IMG/VR virus record: IMGVR_UViG_3300030618_000005
Length of the DNA: 64,000 nt
Source of the DNA: a virus
Lineage: Duplodnaviria; Heunggongvirae; Uroviricota; Caudoviricetes
Reading direction: 5' to 3' (one strand)
Program-made: the position numbers and the translations under genes
Shown here: positions 18,970 to 28,138 of the stretch, one piece after another
Layout of the letters: each line of letters begins with the position of its first letter
Position numbering within the stretch: position 1 is the stretch's first letter
The notes under the pieces: model-generated
Databases searched by the model: none
The model's input: the letters and a program-made list of their open reading frames with translations, nothing else
Told to the model about the DNA's origin: nothing

Positions 18970-19250
18970 TATATCAGCTCACTTTCTACCGGGGTGCGTG
19001 TGACGAGCACGGCCTTCTGGTTGTTGAGTGCTTTGATGAACTCCGCGATGTTGCGCACGTACCCGATGCGCGTGTTGTGATACGGGCCTTCTGGTACCAG
19101 TATCTCGATCACCAGACTATTCTCGCTGGTGCCATCCCAGACGCCCGACGCGCTGAAGATGGTGTAGGCGCTGAAGTAGTGACCCACCTCGACCTTGATC
19201 CGGTCAAGGTTCAAGTCTTCCGTCCATATTCTTACTAGTGTGCCGTTCAT
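18969..19250 (-). CDS. hypothetical protein
   Basis: ORF in array. Confidence 0.4.
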   Translation of the reverse strand: MNGTLVRIWTEDLNLDRIKVEVGHYFSAYTIFSASGVWDGTSENSLVIEILVPEGPYHNTRIGYVRNIAEFIKALNNQKAVLVTRTPVESELI

Positions 19251-19324
19251 ACCGCTCCTTTGTGATGCTGGGATAAGCTTACATTATGACGGCCCCTGTT
19301 GTCAAGGGCCGCCAGCATCTAAGT

Positions 19325-19636
19325 TTATACCACTGTTTCGTGTGACTGATTCACTGCCACGCCCGCTATTTCGTAGCGTTCGATGCGGCACTCTTCGCCA
19401 TCGCTCAGGTACATGCCAAACACTGCGTTACCTAGTGCGCTGGGATTGCACCCGAACCCGCCAGCGGCAAGGAACCGTCTATCTAGCATCTGCTGATATG
19501 CCGGTGCCAATGCTGCCTTGCGCACCACCACTACTTTGCCCGCGTAGTGTTCTGAACTGCTGCCGGGGACTACCGCGTTTATTTCGGCCTGCTCTGGTGT
19601 ATCCTCTGTCACTGTTTGCTTCTTGGTACGTGCCAT
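19325..19636 (-). CDS. hypothetical protein
   Basis: CAGCGC repeats upstream. Confidence 0.4.
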   Translation of the reverse strand: MARTKKQTVTEDTPEQAEINAVVPGSSSEHYAGKVVVVRKAALAPAYQQMLDRRFLAAGGFGCNPSALGNAVFGMYLSDGEECRIERYEIAGVAVNQSHETVV

Positions 19637-19694
19637 ACTGGTCTCGATTCCGCGCTGTGTGCGCTGGTTATGGTGCGCTGAGGGTACCGCACCC

Positions 19695-20120
19695 CTATAC
19701 TAGCGGGTGCGCCTTGACGAAGTCATGCTGCTCCTTCTCTTCGCCGTAGCTGCTGTAGTCGTCTTCCTCCCTGAACGTCTCCTTCTCCGCTTCCTCCTGA
19801 GTGAACTCGTTACGGTGGAGATACGAACGGCCAAACTCTGCCAGTGCCACGGCATAGGCGGCCTTTGCCTCAGTGCATTTGACGCACGCGGCGATTACTT
19901 CGCTGCTATCGTAACGGTGCTCTTCACACTCTTCAGTCGTGTTGTAATCGAACTGCGATTGAAACGCATCGCACCCGCTACAGGAACCGTACGAACCGTG
20001 AACCCAATACGCTTTACCCTCAAAGCGTACAGATGCCCACCAGTCCCCCTGATAGCTGCCAAACGTCTCGTACTCCACAACTTCCGCTCCTGCTGCTTCC
20101 ATCGCTGACTTGTAACCCAT
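19695..20120 (-). CDS. hypothetical Cys-rich acidic protein
   Basis: Preceded by 19-bp motif plus AGGAGG. Confidence 0.4.
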   Translation of the reverse strand: MGYKSAMEAAGAEVVEYETFGSYQGDWWASVRFEGKAYWVHGSYGSCSGCDAFQSQFDYNTTEECEEHRYDSSEVIAACVKCTEAKAAYAVALAEFGRSYLHRNEFTQEEAEKETFREEDDYSSYGEEKEQHDFVKAHPLV

Positions 20121-20128
20121 ACATCCTC

Positions 20129-20148
20129 CTTTGCGCTGGTGTCGCGCT
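20129..20148 (-). promoter_or_regulatory. conserved 19-bp element CAGCGCGACACCAGCGCAA (copy 1)
   Basis: Perfect copy abutting the RBS of the 19695..20120 gene. Confidence 0.5.
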
Positions 20149-20200
20149 GATACTCCTGATTATACCACACTGCAAAGCTGCCCGGTGGGTTACCCCTAGG

Positions 20201-20395
20201 CTAAAGGGTATAGAGGAACCTGGGTACCGTGCGGGCAGCATTCCACTTGTTGATAAGCTGGTGTGCCTCAAGTTGTGCCATCCCACCTAACAGAGATGGG
20301 AATAGGCCCGCCTGTAGATAATGGTCTTCGCTGAATGCCACGATTGACACGCGGCCTGTCTGTAGATTCTGCCGTTTGAAGGTCTTATACCGCAT
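20201..20395 (-). CDS. hypothetical protein
   Basis: Preceded by 19-bp motif plus RBS. Confidence 0.35.
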   Translation of the reverse strand: MRYKTFKRQNLQTGRVSIVAFSEDHYLQAGLFPSLLGGMAQLEAHQLINKWNAARTVPRFLYTL

Positions 20396-20412
20396 CTGTA
20401 AAGCTCCTTTTG

Positions 20413-20431
20413 TTGCGCTGGTGTCGCGCTG
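20413..20431 (-). promoter_or_regulatory. conserved 19-bp element (copy 2)
   Basis: Abuts RBS of 20201..20395. Confidence 0.5.
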
Positions 20432-20656
20432 TTAGTTGCACGTTGATTGTAACACTTCGCTACCGTCCGCACGTTCGCAGAGGTACGGAGTGCAAAGATA
20501 TTGTTTCTTAGCTGCTATCCCTAGCAGCTTAGCGCCTTTGGTTTGCGCCTCAAACATGGTACTTGCGTAGACTTCGCATCTACCCTTTGGGGATGTAACG
20601 ATATACCCACAAAGGCCCGCATCCAAAGGCCCGCGTATTGCTTTGATATCCAACAT
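20432..20656 (-). CDS. hypothetical protein
   Basis: Internal ATG (MLDIKAIRG) preceded by 19-bp motif plus RBS. Confidence 0.35.
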   Translation of the reverse strand: MLDIKAIRGPLDAGLCGYIVTSPKGRCEVYASTMFEAQTKGAKLLGIAAKKQYLCTPYLCERADGSEVLQSTCN

Positions 20657-20670
20657 GGTAACACTCTCCT

Positions 20671-20689
20671 TTGCGCTGGTGTCGCGCTG
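20671..20689 (-). promoter_or_regulatory. conserved 19-bp element (copy 3)
   Basis: Abuts RBS of 20432..20656. Confidence 0.5.
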
Positions 20690-20793
20690 GTAGTTGCCGT
20701 TATCGGCAGCTTTACCATCTCCTTGTGACGTACGCAATACAGCCAACAAATACGGCCACGATAACGAAGTCTATCCACTGAATCGGACTCATA

Positions 20794-21435
20794 TTATTCT
20801 CCTTTGCCACGCACTACAATCCAACAAATAGCCTGTAACTCCGCTGGTTCGAATCCCAACTTTGCAGCTACATTCTGGTACGCCTTTTCAAGCGTATCGT
20901 ATGCGTAACCCGGACGCGTAGCAGCTTGCACAAGTCGCGCTGTTTCCTCTGCTATTTGTTCGTCTGTTGCGCCTTTGGGTAATCGGGCCTTGCATCCTGC
21001 TGCACGTGCGGCCCAAACGTCACAAGTGACGCGCTGTAAGTCTCCGCATAGGTTGGCATAGAATCGTGTAACCTTCGGACCTGAGACGCGCTGTAAACTA
21101 TCCCCATTAGCGATATCCCACGCCTTGTCTATGTTTCGATTTAGGCCCGCCATCACGGGGACAATGCGCGAACCAGAGTCAAAGGCCCGCGCAATCTTGC
21201 GTACTCCTATCAAGTTTTCTTGCCACGTGCAACGTGGAGATAATACCGCGCATATAGCAGCGGCCCGTTCCATCCCCCAAAGGCTAACGTACTGCGACAA
21301 TTGCGCTTTTGCATAGGGATACCACGCCTTACCCTCTACAATCTGCGATGCGTTCGCACGGGCAAAGGTGGCCAGTATATGCCGTTCATACTTTTGTTGC
21401 AGCTTGAGATACTTGAGGTGCGTTTTAGATGCCAT
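20794..21435 (-). CDS. hypothetical protein
   Basis: ORF; start uncertain (GTG 21474 or ATG 21435). Confidence 0.4.
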   Translation of the reverse strand: MASKTHLKYLKLQQKYERHILATFARANASQIVEGKAWYPYAKAQLSQYVSLWGMERAAAICAVLSPRCTWQENLIGVRKIARAFDSGSRIVPVMAGLNRNIDKAWDIANGDSLQRVSGPKVTRFYANLCGDLQRVTCDVWAARAAGCKARLPKGATDEQIAEETARLVQAATRPGYAYDTLEKAYQNVAAKLGFEPAELQAICWIVVRGKGE

Positions 21436-21625
21436 CACACACCAACCTTTTTTACGAGTCCACTTCCGCCACACTTAGAGCACGTGTTACTAGACTCCTT
21501 CAAACTACTACCGTACCCGTTACAGTGCGGGCACTGGCTGTATCCATACTTTTGAGGGTCTAGCATAATTTTTATGTCTAACATAGAATCATGCATTGTT
21601 GCGTCTCCTTTAGCCTATATGCTCC

Positions 21626-21657
21626 TTTGAGGGTACCGGATGAATGATACCCTCAAA
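21626..21657. other. perfect 10-bp inverted repeat TTTGAGGGTA..TACCCTCAAA, 12-nt loop
   Basis: Intergenic; no U-tract on either side. Confidence 0.4.
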
Positions 21658-21693
21658 GCAACATGCGGGCCTTTGTAGCGGCCCGCTATGCCG

Positions 21694-22215
21694 TTAGTAG
21701 CGTACGACTAGGTTAGCAAGGTTAGGCGCAAACTCAGGCAAGGCCAACAATTCGGGGTAATTCTCCACCAGATACCCCACAACAAAGGCCCTTTGGTCTG
21801 CCGGAAAATCATTGTGCTGAATGAAAAACTCACCTTGCCCGATTACTTCAGCCACAATCAACGCAATCCACCGCGCTTTGTCATACAAAGACGGCCCGTC
21901 TAACGCGAGTACCTGAGTAGCTTGCAAGGATGCGGCCCGTTTCTCACCCTCAAACGTAAAATCCGCATTGGCTAGAATGTGGCAAGCATCATGCCATGCA
22001 CGAAATTGCCAATTTGTAACGGGTGAACCAAAGATGGTTTTATCAGAGTGATTTACATTGATTTTGATGCGGCCCGTTGCCTCAAAGTCGCTCTTCATCT
22101 CTGCGAAGTCTGCGTAATCAGACGCAGTATAGGAGATGGCCTTAGGTGCGAGTAAAGAAACGATGTAGTCGAAGGTTGGATCAATTCCGCCAATTGCTAC
22201 GCCTGTATCGAACAT
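21694..22215 (-). CDS. hypothetical protein
   Basis: 173 aa ORF. Confidence 0.4.
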   Translation of the reverse strand: MFDTGVAIGGIDPTFDYIVSLLAPKAISYTASDYADFAEMKSDFEATGRIKINVNHSDKTIFGSPVTNWQFRAWHDACHILANADFTFEGEKRAASLQATQVLALDGPSLYDKARWIALIVAEVIGQGEFFIQHNDFPADQRAFVVGYLVENYPELLALPEFAPNLANLVVRY

Positions 22216-22281
22216 TGTGTTACTCCTTTGGGTGAAATACGGTACTCGTTTAGACTACGTGAATAGGAAAAACGTGTCAAG

Positions 22282-22926
22282 CTACCTTTTGCGATAGATG
22301 AAAATTGTTACCATACGAGTTACTTTCGTTGACGTGTACGTGTCATAATCCGCCGCTACCGTCCAACCATCCAAGGGAAGATTGCGCGTAATGGCCTTGA
22401 TTTTAGCGCGTATTTGTCTATCAGTTGCGGCCTTAGACTCACCCACATACACGCGATTGTAAATTAAATTCATGGCCAACATCGTGCTCTTTTTTCCATT
22501 GCGAAGGAAACTCGCAAGGTTCGAAAGAATCACAGTATCACGCGCAACTAACTCCATCGTGTTAGTCGTGTCAAGGTAGAAAAGGCCCTTGTGGAATGGT
22601 GCGAGTTTGGCAAACGTGGCGAATCCATCGCCCTTATAAAACAGAGTACCGGGGTGATGCTTATTCACGGCCCGTTCGATGTTTTGCCAGTTTACAGCAA
22701 CAAAGCGATTGCCGAAATAGTGTGACCATTGCGCAATATCATTGGACGGGTGAGTTTTGCCGTTATCTACGCACGATGCAAGCGTAATGCATACATCGTC
22801 TGTATTGCGGGCCGCCAAACGTTGACGTGTTTTGTCGATTACTAGATTGCGGTACATCGATAGGACGCGGGCACGATGTTCGAATTTCACCAGATTGTTA
22901 TAACCGTGATTCTTATCAATTCGCAT
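22282..22926 (-). CDS. hypothetical protein (possible P-loop)
   Basis: ASCVDNGKT P-loop-like segment; weak. Confidence 0.35.
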   Translation of the reverse strand: MRIDKNHGYNNLVKFEHRARVLSMYRNLVIDKTRQRLAARNTDDVCITLASCVDNGKTHPSNDIAQWSHYFGNRFVAVNWQNIERAVNKHHPGTLFYKGDGFATFAKLAPFHKGLFYLDTTNTMELVARDTVILSNLASFLRNGKKSTMLAMNLIYNRVYVGESKAATDRQIRAKIKAITRNLPLDGWTVAADYDTYTSTKVTRMVTIFIYRKR

Positions 22927-22985
22927 GTTGCACTCCTATATGAATTTGACTACTTAGATAGTCTAATCGAAACGAGAGAAACGTG

Positions 22986-23222
22986 TCAAGCTTTTTTGTC
23001 AGTTGCACGTGAACCGATGAAGTTAGACTCAGGGCACGCGGCCCGCCGTCTCTCGTTCATCGCGTCCACAAAGGCCCGTGATGCATCTATCTGAGGTGCA
23101 AGCGTATCAGGTACGGGCCTAGGGTTAGGCGCATCATTGAAATACCGCACGATTGACGCAAGGATAAAAGCGAAGTTGGTGAAAATCACAAGGCCCGTAA
23201 CGGTATGCATTGGACTATTCAC
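22986..23222 (-). CDS. small membrane protein
   Basis: hydrophobic N-terminus. Confidence 0.3.
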   Translation of the reverse strand: MNSPMHTVTGLVIFTNFAFILASIVRYFNDAPNPRPVPDTLAPQIDASRAFVDAMNERRRAACPESNFIGSRATDKKA

Positions 23223-23382
23223 CCACGTAAACTAGTTCGTTTGCTGAAGTAATAGGGAGAATCGGCCCAACCTTGCCCGCCGATTGCATGATTGATAGGC
23301 CCGCCTTTTCAAGCAATCGGCCATTGGGTGAGATGCGGAAATAATCGCCTGTGCGGAGAGATGCGAAAGGTACTTGAGTCAT
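23209..23382 (-). CDS. small hypothetical protein (57 aa)
   Basis: Hand-translated; preceded by conserved leader AAGGAGCTTACGCAATG. Confidence 0.3.
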
Positions 23383-23405
23383 TGCGTAAGCTCCTTTATC
23401 TAGGG

Positions 23406-23540
23406 TTAGTAACGTTCAATCGAAACAACATGGTTATCGTCCATAAGGTCAGACGCGATGCGGTTGGCAACGGCGAGAGAATCAGCCCAATACTCATGCA
23501 ACTCTTCGCTATACCAGTAGTGAAATTCAACCTTATACAT
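23406..23540 (-). CDS. small hypothetical protein (44 aa)
   Basis: Internal ATG with same conserved leader. Confidence 0.3.
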   Translation of the reverse strand: MYKVEFHYWYSEELHEYWADSLAVANRIASDLMDDNHVVSIERY

Positions 23541-23585
23541 TGCGTAAGCTCCTTGTGAAGTTTGATTGCAGAGACAGAATAGCAC

Positions 23586-23609
23586 GGGGGACTGTGGAAA
23601 ACATCCCCC
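23586..23609 (-). terminator. hairpin GGGGGA..TCCCCC after 23617..23991
   Basis: 6-bp GC stem plus 12-nt loop, U-rich-ish tail. Confidence 0.3.
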
Positions 23610-23616
23610 ATTCGGG

Positions 23617-23991
23617 TTACTTCTCTTTTTTGCCGTATACCGCATCTAACAGACAAGTTTGCGCCTTGTCTATGTAATCGCGGGCCTTGTTTGCACTAAC
23701 CCATCCCGCTGTTTCAGCGTCGCACGCGCTATTAGGCGCATTTAGGATATCCCCCCATATCGATGTTAGTTCATCATTGGCAACGGTTAGGGGATTCTCA
23801 GGGATACGTGTATCAACGTACTCCTTACGGTATGACTCCGCCTCTAAGGTTGTCCCAAAGTCGTGGCCAACCTGAAACGGCTTATCTTGTTTGATGGCCT
23901 TGCGAATCCCGCGATTTAGTTCTCTTTTGTTGCGTACGGGATACGTTGTGCCGATACCGGGGGAGTGAAAAACTGTAATCGAATAGGCCAT
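23617..23991 (-). CDS. hypothetical protein
   Basis: Same conserved leader at start. Confidence 0.4.
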   Translation of the reverse strand: MAYSITVFHSPGIGTTYPVRNKRELNRGIRKAIKQDKPFQVGHDFGTTLEAESYRKEYVDTRIPENPLTVANDELTSIWGDILNAPNSACDAETAGWVSANKARDYIDKAQTCLLDAVYGKKEK

Positions 23992-24615
23992 TGCGTAAGC
24001 TCCTTATGAATTGACTACTCGATAAGCCTATCATGAGACGGCCCGCGTGCAACATCTATTTTTAGATTTGTTTATCCCACGTTTGGGTGAGCATCTGAGA
24101 TTTAGCGCGTATCAATATATAGAGCAAAATCGTGCGAATGCCTAGCAATTACAAGGCCAAACGAGTTTTCCTACCACATTTGAAAACTGTGGAAAACGCA
24201 TTAGACGGCCTACACGCGGCCCGCGTTTCGTCAAGCTAGGGTAAGACGTTCGATTTTTCCGATAGCGTGGCGGGCCTGCTAGGTGGCAAGGATTCAATTT
24301 CACTTTCGCCTTTTGTTCGCCCTAAAAGAGCATAAAAAGCGAAGATGCGGCCCGTAACTCCTTTAGAATTGCATACGCACCTATTAGCGTCTCAATTCAT
24401 CTTTTTTCATCTCAAATGCAGACTTTGGCCCGTCACGTGCTGCCAGCAAGTCGAGTGCCAAACACCGGGCAGTTGTCAAGTTTTATGTCAGAAAAATGCG
24501 GCGATATCCTAACGTCCAATTGCGTACTGTATACGCCTATAGACCAAAGGCCCGCCGCATTGCGAAGCTTGAGACGCTATAGAGCATAGGCGAATGACAA
24601 TCGCTAATCTTCATT

Positions 24616-24827
24616 TGTCTATCTCCAGATGAACGGCCCATCATTGTCTGTCTATCCCTGAATGAACAAAGCCTATCGTCTATCCTGATACACGTATCCA
24701 CAATCTTTCACCTATGCGGTATCAGTTGCCAATATGATATTAGGCCCATCATGCGACCAAGGAGACATAGAGAGATGAGACCAACACAAGGAGACAACCA
24801 AGGCCACCTAAGGCCCGTCTATCTCCA
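24616..24827. repeat. iteron-like direct repeats GTCTATCYCC (at least 4) and CAAGGAGACA (2)
   Basis: Read directly in an ORF-free region. Confidence 0.5.
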
Positions 24828-24996
24828 TAGGCCAATGCCTCTAATCCCCTATAAGACAATCAAAGCCATAGCGCCTTTGTATTGCTTGCCTATGCTCTTC
24901 TATCGCGTCTCTAAGGCGTATCAAATACGCAAGCTTTTGTATCAGTTAGGCGATAGGCCACGCTATTCCGCCACTCGCACGCACGGCCCGCCAGAC

Positions 24997-25010
24997 ACGT
25001 ATTTATACGT
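24997..25010. promoter_or_regulatory. 14-bp palindrome ACGTATTTATACGT
   Basis: Inverse-oriented copies at 25601 and 25666. Confidence 0.4.
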
Positions 25011-25600
25011 TTGTCTGCAATTCCCCATAATGCAGACTGCATAGATAAGACTAATTATTTCAACAACTTACGATACCCTGATCGTGTAAGTCGTTTGGTA
25101 TGTTAGGGGTATGGCCAGTTGTTCATGTGATGCGTGTCAGTGTAGCCGTAAGTCGTTGATAACACAGGGGATAGGGTGTCAAACCAACCCTCTCGACAGG
25201 CCATGCCGGGGAGTCCGCCCGGTACCGGCACGCCAGCTCAAGCTGGTGCGGCCAGAGCCACTAGCAAACCCTTGTCAGTACAAGGGCCTACCTCCTGCCA
25301 CCTCCCCAGCCGACCTACAGCAACACCCCTCAACCAATCGGTTGAATAGGTACCCTTATAGGGGGTCATATCCGGCTACAGGGTGGTAGGGAGGTATGAG
25401 ACGCTAATAGGATGCCTCGTCCTGAGGCTGGCATGGGGGTACACGGGGCTGATGAGTATAGGGAGGTAGGATGGTACCATTTCGGATAGCAAAAAGCACC
25501 TAGGGCATCCTGACACAGTGTCCCCAGAAAGGGGGTGTCTCAAGAACCTAGGTGCTTCGCTTGGGGCATATCGCCCAGAACGCCGTAGTCTAGCCACGGG

Positions 25601-25613
25601 CGTATAAATACGT
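25601..25613. promoter_or_regulatory. palindrome CGTATAAATACGT (copy 2)
   Basis: Repeated 65 bp downstream in a tandem ~67-bp unit. Confidence 0.4.
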
Positions 25614-25665
25614 CTTACAGCTCTCCTCCGCCCAGAGGACAGCAGGCGTATTCAATCTTGGTCAG

Positions 25666-25678
25666 CGTATAAATACGT
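25666..25678. promoter_or_regulatory. palindrome CGTATAAATACGT (copy 3)
   Basis: Tandem with copy 2; both followed by a CCCAGAGG box. Confidence 0.4.
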
Positions 25679-25693
25679 TTGTACGTTTCTGTT

Positions 25694-25903
25694 CTACTTC
25701 TCCCAGAGGTCGAAGGTCTCGTTCAGTCTCTTGGCGATGCTCTGCTTGGTGGCTACCACGGCTGACTGAGCCACTCGTTGTGGGCCGATAATCTCCAACA
25801 TTTCAAGGGTTGCCGGGGGTATGGGTCCGGGTACTTCCAGCTCGGACTCTACGACGGCCAGTGCGATCTCTCGGGCCTTAGCTACGGTGATCTCTCTGCT
25901 CAT
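25694..25903 (-). CDS. hypothetical protein
   Basis: ORF in array. Confidence 0.35.
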   Translation of the reverse strand: MSREITVAKAREIALAVVESELEVPGPIPPATLEMLEIIGPQRVAQSAVVATKQSIAKRLNETFDLWEK

Positions 25904-26094
25904 AGTTCTCCTTTCGGTAGGGCTTTAGAAAAGGCTTCCGGCCAGTCGTAGCGTTCCCTCATCTGGTCGGCGGTCGGGGTGATCCTGAAGGCGGATTGGA
26001 AGAGGGGTGACTTGGCGGTCGGTCGCGGCGGCCAGTCGTTCAGGGTCTCGGCTATGTCAGGAGTGAGGCACTTACTGGGGCACTTGGCACTCAT
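25900..26094 (-). CDS. hypothetical protein
   Basis: ORF in array. Confidence 0.3.
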   Translation of the reverse strand: MSAKCPSKCLTPDIAETLNDWPPRPTAKSPLFQSAFRITPTADQMRERYDWPEAFSKALPKGEL

Positions 26095-26447
26095 AACCCG
26101 GCACCGTCCGGCTGCTCCTTGGAGTTGTATCGATCAATCTCTGCCTCTGGTAGACCAATGCCCCTGTACTTGTTCTCCCGGCTGAAGGGTGGCTTCTTGC
26201 CGCCGTAGGGGTTGGTGTACATATAAGGCCACTTGGCTGCAACCTTAGTCCTGCCGGGGATCGGATCGGACCATGATAGTGCTACGGTGAATCCTAGGTC
26301 AGACAGGAGCTTGTACCGGTCCATGGCAGTGAACAGGCCTACGTCCATAGCCTTGGTGCTGCGTGCCCACGTAGGAAATTTTCGGTGGCCTGCCCAGTAC
26401 CATACGGTGAACCGTTGGCCCAGTACCTTTGCTCCTGTCTGAGTCAT
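26091..26447 (-). CDS. hypothetical protein
   Basis: Internal start MTQTGAKV; upstream extension is frame junk. Confidence 0.4.
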   Translation of the reverse strand: MTQTGAKVLGQRFTVWYWAGHRKFPTWARSTKAMDVGLFTAMDRYKLLSDLGFTVALSWSDPIPGRTKVAAKWPYMYTNPYGGKKPPFSRENKYRGIGLPEAEIDRYNSKEQPDGAGL

Positions 26448-26448
26448 C

Positions 26449-26670
26449 TCAGTACTTCTCCTCGGCCTGAGCCATCTGTTTGAACTTGTTGGGTGTGTCG
26501 GTGAGGGCGTTGGGTTCGTACCCGGAGTGCATCCCACAGACCTTGCAGTAAGAGAACATGTGGGCACGTCCCTCTTCAGTTCCCCATACGCGGACTTGGA
26601 TGTCCTTGGGCAGGCAGTCCGGGCGGCAGTGACGCGCACCCGGATTCGCGGCTTTGGTCTTTTCGAACAA
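26449..26670 (-). CDS. zinc-ribbon hypothetical protein
   Basis: TTG start coupled to upstream stop; HCRPDC..CKVCG. Confidence 0.35.
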   Translation of the reverse strand: MFEKTKAANPGARHCRPDCLPKDIQVRVWGTEEGRAHMFSYCKVCGMHSGYEPNALTDTPNKFKQMAQAEEKY

Positions 26671-26671
26671 G

Positions 26672-27220
26672 TTAGTAGAGTCCCGAGTTGTCGCCGTTGT
26701 CCGTGTCGGTGGTACCGAAGTGGGGGTTGCCGTCGTCGGAGAAGGCGTCGTGAGCTGCTTGGTCGGCGTCTTCGAGTCCTTGGCGGTAGGCCGCGTTGAT
26801 GCGTACATCCGACTCAGGCACGTAGATCAGGTCGCCGTCTTCGTCCTCGTCGAGAACGTAGTTGTTCACGTCGGCGTAGATGCCAAGCTGCTCTTCGGTC
26901 GAGGACGCGATGGAGTCCAAGGTGTCTGCTACTTCGGCCACGTGCTGAGCGATATGCTCGGCTCCGTCGAGTGTGGCGTGTACCTGTGCGTGGAGAAGTT
27001 CCAGCTCGGTCTCCTTCAGCTCGTTCGACTTGGCCAACTGCGCGGCGAGTTCAAACAAAGCACCGACCTGAGCTGCGGCGATGTAGCCCTCACGGTCTTC
27101 GGAGGCTCTAACGTTGGTGACAGTGATGAAGGTGTTCTGCATTTCCATTACTTCTGCTGATGTACGCAAGGTGATCTCTTTTCTGGCCGGTGGCCTACTT
27201 CTGGTTTCTGCTACGCTCAT
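26672..27220 (-). CDS. acidic hypothetical protein
   Basis: D/E-rich C-terminus. Confidence 0.4.
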   Translation of the reverse strand: MSVAETRSRPPARKEITLRTSAEVMEMQNTFITVTNVRASEDREGYIAAAQVGALFELAAQLAKSNELKETELELLHAQVHATLDGAEHIAQHVAEVADTLDSIASSTEEQLGIYADVNNYVLDEDEDGDLIYVPESDVRINAAYRQGLEDADQAAHDAFSDDGNPHFGTTDTDNGDNSGLY

Positions 27221-27551
27221 GGTGACGGAAGATGATCTCCGCAGTTCTTGCTAAGATAGCTACCGGCCTCGTACCTTCGGCATCCCAGCTCTGGTCCTTC
27301 CAGCCTTCCGAGAAGCCTTCGACAGGGCAATTGCCACCGCTTGTTTTTGTGGCTTCCCGGCTGCCTTCTCGGTCTTTATATTCGATGATATGGTGGATTG
27401 TGATGTTCCGGTCTTTAGTGGCATCGCCCTTCTCCTGTTGTTGCGCATCCTCGCGCAAAATCTTACTGAGTACTATGGAGCTGGAAGCCGGAATGAATCC
27501 ATTGGTCCGTACAGCCTCCAGAAGCTCTCGGTGCTTTTCACTCATTCCCAT
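27195..27551 (-). CDS. hypothetical protein
   Basis: ORF in array. Confidence 0.4.
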   Translation of the reverse strand: MGMSEKHRELLEAVRTNGFIPASSSIVLSKILREDAQQQEKGDATKDRNITIHHIIEYKDREGSREATKTSGGNCPVEGFSEGWKDQSWDAEGTRPVAILARTAEIIFRHHERSRNQK

Positions 27552-27566
27552 TTCTGAATAGTACTC

Positions 27567-27911
27567 CTATTCGTCCAATCCGTCAAGCTCTCTGTTTACC
27601 TGCTCGTTGTTGAACTTGGTGTACACCTTCTGGCCGTCGAACTCGACCACATTGTCCTCGAAGGGACTCTCCGCGCCGGGGCCGTAGATGGAAGGACCGA
27701 ATACGTGCATAAGTTGGTACAGGGACATCTCGTGGTAGCCGTCCGAGTCCGGCACTATGACCTGCAACGGATGGCGCTGCTTTATGCTAGGCGCTTTCTG
27801 TTTCAGAGCTTGGTAGCCCTGTTGCAGGTACCTGTAATAGATTTCCAGACCAATCGTGTTGAGACGGACGCGCACGTAGTCATTGGTGTTGTACTTGTGA
27901 TACTCAGGCAT
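27567..27911 (-). CDS. hypothetical protein
   Basis: ORF in array. Confidence 0.4.
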   Translation of the reverse strand: MPEYHKYNTNDYVRVRLNTIGLEIYYRYLQQGYQALKQKAPSIKQRHPLQVIVPDSDGYHEMSLYQLMHVFGPSIYGPGAESPFEDNVVEFDGQKVYTKFNNEQVNRELDGLDE

Positions 27912-28137
27912 CTAAGATGCTCCTCTTTACCAGTGTGGGTTTGTGGAGAGGGCGGGCATCCTCGACACCCGCCTCTTCCATTTGTTTTGCCCAACGCTTC
28001 TCAGCGTCCTGCCAGCAGTACACAGGAGACTTGATGAGGACGAACGCGTCGGTGTACGCGACTACCTGCTTACAATCCACGCAGCGTAGCTCACGCGAAG
28101 GCTCAGCTACAAAGTCGTCCTCGATCTCCTGTCCCAT
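27904..28137 (-). CDS. hypothetical protein (possible zinc-binding)
   Basis: CVDCK..YCW. Confidence 0.35.
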   Translation of the reverse strand: MGQEIEDDFVAEPSRELRCVDCKQVVAYTDAFVLIKSPVYCWQDAEKRWAKQMEEAGVEDARPLHKPTLVKRSILDA

Positions 28138-28138
28138 A

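Noticed and set aside
24751-25389. Two plus-strand ORFs (97 and 92 aa) in the non-coding hub
   Set aside because: Pro/Arg/His-rich non-protein-like composition, no RBS, and they overlap the iteron and structured segments; treated as non-coding.
25601-25678. TATAAATA read as T4-type late promoters
   Set aside because: No TATAAATA precedes the capsid or tail genes in this window; the sites are symmetric palindromes, better explained as operator or recombination sites.
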